DNA of 62,850 nucleotides, filler included, from Rhabdomonas costata (taxonomy: Eukaryota): NCBI GenBank assembly GCA_019059605.1. It is 52 parts of 52 records of this genome, joined end to end, with 100 filler letters (N's around TTAATTAATTAA, not from the genome) between each part and the next. Parts side by side here need not be neighbours in the genome. Positions count along the whole stretch, not along the records: positions 25,433 to 26,543 come from JAHMHO010028080.1; positions 26,644 to 27,754 come from JAHMHO010028081.1; positions 27,855 to 28,965 come from JAHMHO010028082.1; positions 29,066 to 30,176 come from JAHMHO010028083.1; positions 30,277 to 31,387 come from JAHMHO010028084.1; positions 31,488 to 32,598 come from JAHMHO010028085.1; positions 32,699 to 33,809 come from JAHMHO010028086.1; positions 33,910 to 35,017 come from JAHMHO010028087.1; 44 more parts are not named here. One strand, written 5' to 3'. The notes under the pieces were generated by a model that made no database searches, was not told where the DNA came from, and was given only the letters and a program-made list of their open reading frames with translations. Positions 25,726-37,004 of the stretch are shown in pieces (position 1 is the stretch's first letter; each line of letters begins with the position of its first letter). The position numbers were made by a program, and so were the translations under genes.

Positions 25726-25879
25726 CTGGTTTGTAACCACCACGGCCACCTCAGCGCGCGAAGCCAAGCTCTGGAGCTCTTGGCCGAGAGTCTGGAGAAG
25801 CCGAGACCTCAGCGCCATGTCCGCGAAATCACAGCGAAAAGGAAAGGCGATGGAGTCGATCACTAGCAGCCGAACATTC
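25726..25879 (-). CDS. RAD51C: RAD51 paralogue (RAD51C-like) exon containing Walker B
   Basis: NVRLLVIDSIAFPFRCDFADMALRSRLLQTLGQELQSLA...AVVVTNQ; acceptor CTGCAG|, apparent GC donor CAG|GCATGC. Confidence 0.88.
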
Positions 25880-26645
25880 CTGCAGCATTGTAACATGAAG
25901 GAACGGAAGAACCAAACTCCCCCTCAAGACACATCAATAGGAAGCTAAATGTATGTGACTCACCGCAGTTTTAAAGGTGTGTGAGCCATTTTGGGAACTG
26001 CACAAGCCTGAGGATAATGCTACTCTAGTGTCGTCCACAGGCCACCTCCCCAACTACCGCGAAATCGTGACCCCACCACATCAGCAACATCTACTCAGGA
26101 AGAGCGAAACACAGCTGAAATTGCACTCCTTCTTGCATCCCCATCACGAAACAATGGTTCCTATTATTCATCAATTCATTGACTCTATTTCATGGCCCGC
26201 TCTTTGAAGATGGTAGTGTGGATTTGATACTGGACCACCGAAAAATCTCGAAGGGCGCCTTTGCCTGAAGATCGATGTACCAGATACACCCGCCTCGGTC
26301 ATCGACAAGCTGGCCGCGCTAAAAAAGGAACTCGGAAATATTCAATCCCAGGTTGTGACGATCACCTTCTCAGCTTATAGAAGGCGACTGTTCGTAGCTG
26401 TATCCAAGGCCTAATCCACGTTGAGTGCTACCAATGCCTTAAGAGAACAGAGACCTGCGATCACGGCATCTTGTTCAGGAATCAATAACTAGCCTTACTC
26501 ACCTTCACGTCCAAAAGCCTCAGCACCCCTTTGACGACAAACANNNNNNNNNNNNNNNNNNNNNNNNNNNNNNNNNNNNNNNNNNNNTTAATTAATTAAN
26601 NNNNNNNNNNNNNNNNNNNNNNNNNNNNNNNNNNNNNNNNNNNGG

Positions 26646-26746
26646 TGTGGGGTGCAATTGTCCAAAAAGGTCCGCTTTTCACTTTCGTAAAACGCCTAAG
26701 TTAAAAACCCCAGTACAGGGCCATTTTGGACAATTGCACCGCCACA
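26646..26746. repeat. Imperfect inverted repeat (about 24-28-bp arms, about 50-bp spacer)
   Basis: GTGTGG-GGTGCAATTGTCCAAAA ... TTTTGGACAATTGCACCGCCACAC. Confidence 0.85.
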
Positions 26747-27250
26747 CAGAAAATAAAAGAGATTAAGAAAGATCACAAACGGTGCTAAAAATTCTTTTTT
26801 CACAAGACAAACTTTTTCGTTCTAAAGAAACACTGAAGACATACTGAATTTTTGAGATCGCCACTGCCGGAAGCTGAAGACTTTGTTTTGGAGCAGAATA
26901 GAGGCAGTTCCATGGGCACTATGGGATCTCCTAGATCCTCGATATGGTCACAATTGGCCTTTTTAAGTTCAGCTTGGAAGTTGCAGTGTCAAAAAGAAGT
27001 TTTCTGGCCCTAAAAATGCTGCAGCTTGAACAGAAATTTATCCGCAAATGGTCTTCACGTGAGGCAAATGGTGCCCTCTTGTCAGATGGTAGTTAGCATG
27101 GATTGCGCGGCTTTGAATTTGAGCAAAAACGCCAGTATTCCCTAGTTTATACAGCTTTCATACCAAACTTCTTTGAATTTTTCCTTCAATTCACATGACA
27201 AAGTTCGATTATAATGCACTTTTTAGGGTCAATAATTCCCCCAGCTCGAA

Positions 27251-27340
27251 CCCCCCTTTCCCCCATTGGGTCAATGTTGACTTTTATTGTAGCCTGGGTG
27301 CCCATTGTGAAACAACATTGACCACATGGGGAAAGGGGGG
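27251..27340. repeat. Hairpin repeat family B (GGTCAATGTTG...CAACATTGACC stem)
   Basis: About 28-bp imperfect arms and a 33-nt loop; same stem recurs at 46506-46599. Confidence 0.85.
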
Positions 27341-29065
27341 CACGTATAATTTGCACAGCAACCGCAGAGTGCCCAAATCGGCTTTTTCCAGCTAAAAAGG
27401 CCAAAGTTAGGGGTAAACGACACCAACGACACCAAAAAATTACTTGGGGGTAGACCGCGTCTTGAGGAGGGTAAGAGGAGTTCCGGTGACAGAGAAGCAA
27501 GAAGATCTTGAATTATTGATCCTTTTTTACTGTGTGATAGGGAATTTTAAAATCGAGGCATGTTCAAAATTGGGGAGGCGTGCAACGTTAATTTCCCTTA
27601 AACGTTTACCTGGGAGAAATAGTTTCTAAAGATTAAAGTTGTCATCTAGGAGGCAGAGGTATGTTATATGTTACCTCCGTTCGGCCAACTAACGTCATTC
27701 AGTAGGTGGAGGCATATTTTAGTTATATCCGTGCTCGGAAATAACACAACCACCNNNNNNNNNNNNNNNNNNNNNNNNNNNNNNNNNNNNNNNNNNNNTT
27801 AATTAATTAANNNNNNNNNNNNNNNNNNNNNNNNNNNNNNNNNNNNNNNNNNNNTGGGGGTGATGTTGTGGTGGATCGAGCCCTGTGTGATGGGTGAATG
27901 AAGGTCAGCTCGTCCGGCTTCTTTGGGTAAAGCAGGAGCTTCGCAGGGAGAGAGCACGAGGAGTGGAAACCCACCCTATCACGCCACTGCACCTGAAATC
28001 GCACCTCACTAGGGGCACGGGAATCACCGAGAGAAAGGGCACGGACCAGTCTGCGGGATGAAAATCCCTCCGAGGCACACCGGAAAAGAAGCATTATGGG
28101 GTTCAACACCCTCACTAGTGCGCATAAAAGTGATGAAAAGCTGGGTAAGCGCGGGCATGCTGGCATGAATGAGTGAGTATTTGGTATGCAGCCCAACCCG
28201 ACACTTCGCTTCAGAAGTTCCAGATAGCCAGGTTAGAAACTCTCTGCAAGCGCGACAGCGGAGTTGCGGGATCCAAGGGGTGGGCTCAATGCCAGATCGT
28301 CGGGCATCGACGACCTGCAGGCAATTTAATGGATCGCACAACACCCAAAATGTGGCGTGTTTCATCTCAAAACATCATGAAAGTTAGAAATTCAACCAAA
28401 GGCACGGAAAGTGGCGTAAAGTATTTGTATCCCTGCAGGCAGATAATCGAGTTTGGACACGTCTGGCTGCCCCTCAATGAAGAGGCGCAACGGACAATGG
28501 TTTGGGAAAGCTTGGCAAGTGTTCCGTTGGAGACGAATTTCGAAAAATAATCTTCTGCAGTTGCTCTGTCGGAGCTACCTCCCTTGCAGAGATGCAGGTG
28601 AAACACCGCATTCCCCATAAGAAGTTAGTATCACACCAAAGCAGCCATTTTAACTTTATAAGAACACAAGCATTTCCGAGGGAGCGGGTTTGACTACACA
28701 TCTGGACAAACGCAGGCTGAAGAAAATGGACAATACGGACCCAAAACCGAAGGGAGCCCATGACCCCCAGTCTGTCTCTCCAAGAAGAAAGAGCCCAGCT
28801 TCACGACAAGGACTCCCAAACCAAATGGAAGGTGCAATGAGCGAACAGGTCCCCTATATACAGGAAAGGGAGCAGAGAGATTGCAGTACCACGCGTAAAA
28901 GATCGTGCTTTCTTGCAGGACCTCAAGCGTTAGGAATATACGCCCTCAAGTCCTCCCCCCACCCCNNNNNNNNNNNNNNNNNNNNNNNNNNNNNNNNNNN
29001 NNNNNNNNNTTAATTAATTAANNNNNNNNNNNNNNNNNNNNNNNNNNNNNNNNNNNNNNNNNNNN

Positions 29066-30120
29066 TGCGGATCCTCCAGCACATCGAGGACGTCCTGCGT
29101 GAGAAGGATAAGATCCGCCAGTCGGAGGAGGGGATCAAAGCGTTTTGGGGCATCGACAGCGTGAATGCCTTCACCCGGATGGTCCGAGCCAAAGCCAATG
29201 TTGTGCTCGAGAACGGGCAAGAGACGGTGGACCCTTGCACCTTGTACACCTCCTTCCAGTTCCGGTTGATGAAGCTGTCGATGAGGCTTGGGACTTCGTC
29301 ATCCAGCGGGACTCTGAGATGACGGAAGACGGCACTCATCTTGAATTGACCCTCGAACCAAAGGGGTGGTCCAAGTTGGGCAAGAGCTACACCCGGGACC
29401 AAGTCGCAGAACTCCTGACCTACCTGATCGAGCACAACTACGTCAACGTCGGCTGTTTTGTTATGAGACTAATCAATGGTATGCCCATGGGAATGCCCGC
29501 TGCCACGCAGATCGCCAACCTGGCATGCTACCCTGTCGAGAAGGCGCAGGCATATCGTCTCGGGCCCAGAGTGTCCCTTGCGGTTTTCCGCTACATCGAC
29601 GATATTTACTCGGCAGGTGTGCCACTCCACTCGCAAGAAGCCTACGGCATGGAATACAAGACCACAGCAAAGGGAGTTCGGTGGTTTATCTCGGGGTCCG
29701 CGTCTATGAGCAGGTTCGGGAAGACGGCATCAAGGTTCTCCACACCACAGTGCATGATCGGGAGGGGTCATACCCTCACCACATCGTGCGCTACCCAGAC
29801 CACGCCACAGTCTCCCCACGAGAACAACTTGGCTGAGTCATTATGGGCGTCTGGTGCATTTCCAGGAGACCTGCATCCATATGGAGGAATTTAAGGAATC
29901 CGTGGCTACGGTCTTTCGGAATGCCATCTGGAGGGGGTATCCGAAGCAAATCGTCGAGAAAGTCTGGCGGCGCTTCCTCTTTCAGAGGTGGCACGCCGTC
30001 GACATCCGGGTGAAGGAGCTTCGGATATGGTTCCCTAAGGTCTGGGCGTTCCTTCTCAGGACGGACGGCAAACCCGGTACCGAGCCGACAAAGCCAGCGC
30101 CATCATTGCAGGCCTCCTGA
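29066..30120 (+). mobile_element. Penelope-like element reverse transcriptase (frameshifted)
   Basis: D.CTLYT, ELLTYLIEHNYV, GMPMGMPAATQIANL, FRYIDDI, VVYLGV, TVHDREGSYPHHIVRYP, FKESVATVF...RGYPKQIV, in PLE RT and thumb order across frameshifts. Confidence 0.88.
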
Positions 30121-30518
30121 GGAAGCCGGTTTCTTTATGTCTTTGGTGTCCCGCGCTCCACACACCCCAAAACACANNNNNNNNNNNNNNNNNNNNNNNN
30201 NNNNNNNNNNNNNNNNNNNNTTAATTAATTAANNNNNNNNNNNNNNNNNNNNNNNNNNNNNNNNNNNNNNNNNNNNATTTCCTGAGGTTCTGTGCACTTC
30301 GGAAAGAGAAACTTTCGACCTTTCGAACTGCAAGCACCTGATGGAACGACAGAATAAAGCCTAAGCCAAGCCTAACCTTAATTCAGACCCGACGCGAACC
30401 AACGAAGCTCTTTTGTTCCTGCCCTCAATTTTTGTGCTTTCCTCGGAACAATCATTAATGGGTCAAAGTCTTTCCAAGGCGAACGGTAAGCTTTGGGTTG
30501 GGAGCCCAGTGGGCGCAC

Positions 30519-30703
30519 CGGTGCACAAAGGGCTTCAGGTTCTCGAAGCACACCGCGGAGGCGGGCTCGAAACTGAACCCACTGCTCTCGGCGCTCACCC
30601 GGTGCACGTCGTACGCGCTGACGTATGCCAGCTCGCGGCGAAGCTCATGCCGAAGTGCCGCCCCGCAGTGCGCGACAAGGTGGTGCAGAACATACCGAAG
30701 CAC
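30519..30703 (-). CDS. Internal exon of an unidentified gene
   Basis: CCCCCAG|VLRYVLHHLVAHCGAALRHELRRELAYVSAYDVHR...KPFVHR|GTGCGC; GC3-rich. Confidence 0.6.
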
Positions 30704-31651
30704 CTGGGGGGAGATCCCAACCAATCCATGAATTAAGGCACATCACGTTTACCTCCTCAAGCCAAAAAAAAGGTCGGGATGGGGCATAATCCTGTCGTTG
30801 CATATATCTAAGGACCATTCACTTTTCTCGATTATTTTCAACAACATTTCAATCTTCAACGGTTCCCTTTTCACCAGCGTTCTGAAATTGACAGGCCCTG
30901 TACATCTGCATCTTGAGGTGGAGGGACTGACGGACGGACGACGAAGGGAGGGGGTTGAGTTTACCGCCTTTCGCCCTGTTTGAGGGAGAGGTTCAGACAG
31001 ATGACTCGGAATAAAGAACGGTCCACCGACGGACTTGTTGCGCACGTAACCCGAAGCCCCCCCACCCAAAAAAAACAAAAAAAAACTGCAAACTGAATGG
31101 TGACAGAGTTGTACCAGTCTGTTCTCGAGAGAGTCTTCCAGGGACTCCCCACACAGGCACACGGCCCCACAGCCACAGCTGAGGCTCAGCACACACAGTC
31201 CCTCAAAGCAGAGCCACAGCGTCGCAGCAGAGGAGACAGCAGATGGTCCAGCGCCAGCCGCCGCCCCCTCAACAGCATGGTCTGAAGAGATGGCTTCCGT
31301 GTCCCCTGAAACAATCAACCCAGTATTCTAGATAAAAACGGAAGAACAGTGCACGCCAAGACAGTTCTCCATACCCCTGCTCCCGACNNNNNNNNNNNNN
31401 NNNNNNNNNNNNNNNNNNNNNNNNNNNNNNNTTAATTAATTAANNNNNNNNNNNNNNNNNNNNNNNNNNNNNNNNNNNNNNNNNNNNTTTTTTTGGGCTG
31501 AAAAAGCTTGAAGGAGCTTTCCAAAGATTACCTGTCGTTTGTAGTTTTGACCGTTCACTTTTGACTCCTGACGACACACGACAATTCCATGAAGCAGGAA
31601 AGCCCCACCGACTGGAACGGGGAAACACACACGCGTGCACCACCAGCCACC

Positions 31652-32263
31652 TGGCGGGGTCCACCGCAGAGGTGCGGTTGAGGGCAATGTTGATCGTCGA
31701 GAGCACCACCTTGCACACGCAGTACACCGAAAGAACGCACCCCAGCAGAGTGTACAGCCGGCCCTTCAGGGTCTTCGAGAACTGGCCCCCCGACACAACC
31801 TCAGCGACACAATCACACACACGCATCCACCCACCTCAGGAAGACTACCCACTGCTTCTTTTCTTGGTTTTTTTTGGGGGGGGCGGAGGAAGGAAAAAGT
31901 CAATGAACAAGCAGTCGAAAGGAGCAGATACAAGCGTCTGGAGAGAGCAGATACAAAAAACGTATTCACAAGAAAAATGGAATGCCAGCTGAGCTGTGAA
32001 AGAAAACACCCGAGCCATATGTGGCCCCACGCCCGGCTACTGAGCAGAGAGAAACTAAAAAGTCTTGTGATGAGCCAAGAGCAGGAACAGCGTGGGGGAA
32101 AGCTCTCGAACGAAAAAGGGTGACCAATGAGACCGGGGAAAGCAGTTTCCAGGCCCGGCTATCCGCCCCCCCCCCAAACCTCAATGTCCTCCTTGGCCGC
32201 AACAAGGTCATCCAACTCAATGAAGAGCCTCGTGCTGACTTTCTCTAGGGCCGCGATCTCGCT
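31652..32263 (-). CDS. GPR89: Golgi pH regulator / GPCR-type G protein (GPR89/GTG) fragment; exons 32263-32180 and 31781 to about 31652/31657
   Basis: SEIAALEKVSTRLFIELDDLVAAKEDIE|FSKTLKGRLYTLLGCVLSVYCVCKVVLSTINIALNRTSAVDP matches the GPR89 'E..ALEE..R.LF.E..DL...KE....SKT.KG....LG..FS.YC..K....INI...R...DP' region. Confidence 0.9.
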
Positions 32264-32884
32264 CTGACAGCACGAAATCAGAGCAGCGTGAGCGTTAGCG
32301 CATGTGCAATAGAGGGCGAGCTGAGCTTCAACTTTTTCGGGAGCCACAGAGAGCTTTGTATCGCAAGACGTGCGGTGTTTGGCTACACTTTGTCTTTAAA
32401 CTTCCTGTTTGGCTCGTTCCTGAGCTCGACTTGCTCCTCTTCCTTCAGCGGCTTCCAAAACTGAAAGCTGGAGGCTCCGGACCGGATGTTGGGGCGCATC
32501 AGGAAGCTCCAGGAAACCCACAACATATTCCGACATAAAAACGGCCAGTAAAACCTGTGAGTGAAGAAAACTAGCAAGCTCAAGGCCTGCTCAATAAANN
32601 NNNNNNNNNNNNNNNNNNNNNNNNNNNNNNNNNNNNNNNNNNTTAATTAATTAANNNNNNNNNNNNNNNNNNNNNNNNNNNNNNNNNNNNNNNNNNNNTT
32701 TTGGTTCGATCTTTTCTTTCCCTTTCTGCTTTCCTTGCGAATTATTGTTGCCTTTTTTTTTTTACAACACTTCCACTGATTACTTGCACACATTACACTG
32801 ATTTTTTTGTCACCAAACCTCTCTCTCTGTCAGGGGCTGGCTCGGAGGTAAGCTCCCCACTGGGAGATAGGCCCTCATCCCCAC

Positions 32885-33039
32885 CTGCGACCGCCCCTGC
32901 GGCGTCCTCCTCTGTCCGGGTGGTGTACAAGAATCGTGCCCGAGGTTTGCCCCATATGAGCTGAACACAATAGCTGAGCATGTCCACTTTTGCCAAATGC
33001 AGGAAGTGTGCCATGACGCTGCTGCGGCAGTCTGGCTGG
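32885..33039 (-). CDS. Possible internal exon of an unidentified gene
   Basis: CTTACCGCAG| open frame QPDCRSSVMAHFLHLAKVDMLSYCVQLIWGKPRARFLY... |GTGGGG. Confidence 0.4.
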
Positions 33040-33359
33040 CTGCGGTAAGGTGGATTTTGTAGAAATCCAGCCTGGCAGTGTTTCATCTTTGCTGGGCGCA
33101 ATTCGATGCGCATGTCTCTAGGTTTGGGTAAAAGGGACAGTGTATGAGTTTGCTCATTCCGACATTCCGAACCCCTTGACATGAATCAATTCGTGGACTG
33201 ATCGATGGCTCTCTCTGGTTGGACGAGCGGTCGGATCGTTTTCGTTGGAGCCGGAGGTTCACAGGGGTCCGCGTGTTCCGTGCTCTACCTGAACACCAAC
33301 GCAATGGCTGGCCCTATTTTCCCTGTGCATTATACCTGTGTACTGCACTCGAGCTGGCC

Positions 33360-33801
33360 CTTTTGGCTCCTTTCGGTTCCTTTAGGTTATTGGGGACAAT
33401 TGTTATTTTGGGGGGCGGGGGGCGTTAAACGTTTAGCACTGCTAAGCGTTTAGCGGTGCTAAACGTTCAGGTCAGAACGCAAGGTCGATGAACGGTTCCC
33501 AGCAGATGGCAAACCAAGAGGGATTTCGATTAGTTTAGGTCTGAAGGCCAGCGCCGCGACGGCCGGAGCGGGCGGATGGGTTGTGATGTTCCATGGGGTG
33601 GGCGAAGCTCCGTTTAGCAGGGTATTTTTAGGACACGGGGGTTAGAAACTGTGTCAACTACCTCTATATACATTTATTTTTAGCAAAATGGGGTTAGGTA
33701 TACTGTTTTTCTGACCCCCAGACATACATATTTTGATTTGAGCGGGGTTTGGAAATTTGTGACCGTTTAGCGGTGCTGAACGTTTACCCCCCCCCCCCCC
33801 C
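33360..33801. mobile_element. Family A MITE-like element with inverted repeats built from short palindromes
   Basis: Left GGGGGCGTTAAACGTTTAGCACTGCTAAGCG (about 33418-33448) is inverted relative to right CGTTTAGCGGTGCTGAACGTTTACCCCC (about 33764-33791); homologous pieces on three other contigs. Confidence 0.65.
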
Positions 33802-35120
33802 AACCCCACNNNNNNNNNNNNNNNNNNNNNNNNNNNNNNNNNNNNNNNNNNNNTTAATTAATTAANNNNNNNNNNNNNNNNNNNNNNNNNNNNNNNNNNN
33901 NNNNNNNNNTTGTTGGTAATTGTGAGTGATGTTTTGTTTCATGCAAAACAGTTGTGCACATTTCTAGCGTATAGTATAGTCCCTCCTGTTGAATGTGTTG
34001 GAAACACTGCGTGCACCCTGAAAAAATCGGTTTAATAAACGATCCAACCCCGCCCCCCAAAAAACACAACAAAAATTTGGCAAACGCTCCAATACGGCTT
34101 TGTGTGTGGAATTCAAGACAAGCGCGAAAGCAGCACCAACGGAAAAAAGCAAATGGTGTTCATCTGGGCAGTCCGACGCCCTCTCCCTTGTTTTTGTCGC
34201 CACAAATCCTCACAGACACACAGGGTCCCTCCTCAGGCCTCGCCTTTTCCACCTCAGAGAGTTTCAATTTTCAAGCCGTTCACTAGCAACCTTCATGTGG
34301 AACCAGACATCACATCTATCCTCCAGCTTCGCCTTGTACGGTATACGCCCACTGTTTTTTTTCCCATTCCCAATTTTCTCGTTGTATTGTTTTCTCATCC
34401 CCACCCCTTTCATTTGCATGCTCTGTTCTGCAAAAGCGCTTTGCTCCTGGACCTCCGGTACTGTTGTGGTGAAAGTTTTTGGGCAATAGTGCGGCTACGG
34501 CACCCCCACACACCAGCAGTTCGGCTGAAGAACCCCCCGCCCATCAGTTCGGCTTAGGTACCACCCGGGTATTCCAGGCGGTGAGTCTCGTGTGGTCTGT
34601 ATACAGAAGTCGACAAGCTTCCCCAAGTCACTGTGGGCACCCAGCCCTGTAACTTAGTTTATCTCCTGGGTGCACCTTTCATGTTTACTACTACAACTAT
34701 TTTACAGCGGTTGCCCTTAAACGGTAAAATGTTACTTTTTTCAGTTTTTTCCTTTGTCTGCTCTTGTTCTGCCTCCGTTGCACCTTGCCGAACATTTGTG
34801 ATGTCCTCAACCCTTGTGCCCGATTGGTTGCGGAACCGTGCACTCTTAACTTACAACCGGGCATTGTTAAAAGTAGGATGCACAGTTGCAAGCATCCCTG
34901 CTCTGCGTCCAGACCACACCTGACAGGGTGTGTCTGTCCCAGTGCTCGTCCAGGCTGAGCAGTGAGCTTTCGAGCTGGTGCGGCTGTTGGCCCGAACAAT
35001 GGGGTTACAGTACGATGNNNNNNNNNNNNNNNNNNNNNNNNNNNNNNNNNNNNNNNNNNNNTTAATTAATTAANNNNNNNNNNNNNNNNNNNNNNNNNNN
35101 NNNNNNNNNNNNNNNNNTTT

Positions 35121-35229
35121 TTTGCGCACTGTGTGTGTGTCTCCCCAGTATCCTCTGCTCATTTCCGCGTGCGTCCCTGCGGCGGAAATGAGCAGAGGAT
35201 ACTGGGGAGACACACACACAGTGCGCAAA
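35121..35229. repeat. Perfect fold-back at contig start (48-bp arms), probably an amplification or library chimera
   Basis: 35121-35168 is the exact reverse complement of 35182-35229. Confidence 0.9.
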
Positions 35230-36327
35230 GAAGTGGTGCGAGACCCACACCCGTAAGGCAGAGAACTGTACGTTTAGCTCGGAACCATCTGACTTTGCAA
35301 AGGTGAATTGCGACCACGAACCTGAGCTGGGTCACCGTCGCAAGGGACTACGGCACATGGAAGGGAGGGGAGGAACCGAGGAATCGCGCAAAGATACTTG
35401 GTTGTGGAGTTGGGAGGCTAGGTATAGGCCTAGTTCTAATTAATGCGGCGACTCTACTGCAACTTTAAGTTCTCCAACGGGGTTAGAGGGAGATGTAGGT
35501 GACCCCAGTAGGAGGACTAAACCCGACTTAGGATTGAAAAAGTCCTTCCCGAGTGAAGCAAAGCCGAATGTTGAACCTACCGAACGCTTTGCATGATTGA
35601 GATGCCGAAATCTGTCCTGTAAATTGTTTTTTTTTGTTGCTGCACCCCAGAAGCTTCAAGAACACCTGTGCCTGTGCCGCAGTGCCGTGAATTTGATCGA
35701 AATTCAGGCTCAAAACTGATCGAAAGGGGAAGGGGATGTTTCAGCAAAGTTATCTATTTTGTCGGTCTAGCCCGCGAAGCGACCAAAGTTATCACTGTGT
35801 TATTGTCATCGGAAACACAAAACCACTGCCAAAATATCGTTGCAACGGGAGGTCAAAAGGAGGGGAGGGAAGACAAAAAAGCCCACAGCCCTGAAAAGAT
35901 CTGCTGGGGCAAGTGGTTCGGCGGGGAGACATTTTGAGCAGCAAACCCGCATGTTTCCCCGCGATGCACAGAAGGGTAGACGCACTACTCAGATGTGGAG
36001 GCAAGATAGGGAGGGAACCGCGGGTTTTCGAGACACTTTCGATTCCCCTCGGCATTGACAAATGAGCCCTAAGAGCACATTCTTGCAAGCCAACCGTCGA
36101 AATCAGAGATTTCGAGGTTGCAGCACTCACAAAGAACTGCACACAAGTGCACGGGGACGCCAAGCGATAAGTATGGGAGCGCGGCCGACGCCACGGCCAA
36201 GGTTACTTTTTCATGGGGCAAAGAAGANNNNNNNNNNNNNNNNNNNNNNNNNNNNNNNNNNNNNNNNNNNNTTAATTAATTAANNNNNNNNNNNNNNNNN
36301 NNNNNNNNNNNNNNNNNNNNNNNNNNN

Positions 36328-36452
36328 ATGACCAAAAAGACTCATCCAACAGCGACCGAAACAAAAGGATATATGCAACGAGGTGCCCTATGGAGCTCGC
36401 AATCAGCTGCCAATTCCAATCCGTAGGCATCTCAACGCTTGTAAAAACGCCC
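36328..36452 (-). CDS. Possible exon with a hydrophobic segment
   Basis: GTGGTGCAG|GVFTSVEMPTDWNWQLIASSIGHLVAYILLFRSLLDESFWS, open to the contig end. Confidence 0.4.
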
Positions 36453-36959
36453 TGCACCACGGATGGGTGAACACGTAGAGAGGACACAAGTGCATATGCG
36501 ACGGCGGCAGCCCGAAGGCAGTGTGTGTAGGCAGTGAGTGACATGGTGTATGGAGTCTCAGGTGCGCTTTTGAAGTTATTTTTGTGCTTTTTGCAAAGGC
36601 CCCGTGGGTTAGATTTTGCCCCCATCCCACCCCACCATTGGGAGGTGGCTGTACAGTGGCGCCGTTGTAGGTTTGTGCAAACTGGACTAGGCCGGGCCAC
36701 CTCAGAGACCCTCTCCACATGGGGCCTATGTGCTATTGGCTGCCTATGGGTATATGGAAATATGGGCCCGATTTCCCTAGGGACCCGGTACGGAAGCCAA
36801 TAGCACGTCTTATTTGTGCCTTTGGTCACGAGACATGACAGCGAGAGGGGGATCGAGAAAGGAGGATAGGATGTGAACAATTGTGTGTGAGGAGGAGGGG
36901 CGGGACTTTAAACCGATGGGTCGTTCGCCGCTCCAGAGAGCCTGGGGTTGTAACGGCTG

Positions 36960-36960
<1 letters not shown>

Positions 36961-37002
<42 letters not shown>
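36961..37002 (-). repeat. (CAG)14 microsatellite, probably poly-Gln in a minus-strand exon
   Basis: 14 perfect CTG units on +; the minus frame reads ...GDMPAG Q14 AAVTTPGS... Confidence 0.9.
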
Positions 37003-37004
<2 letters not shown>

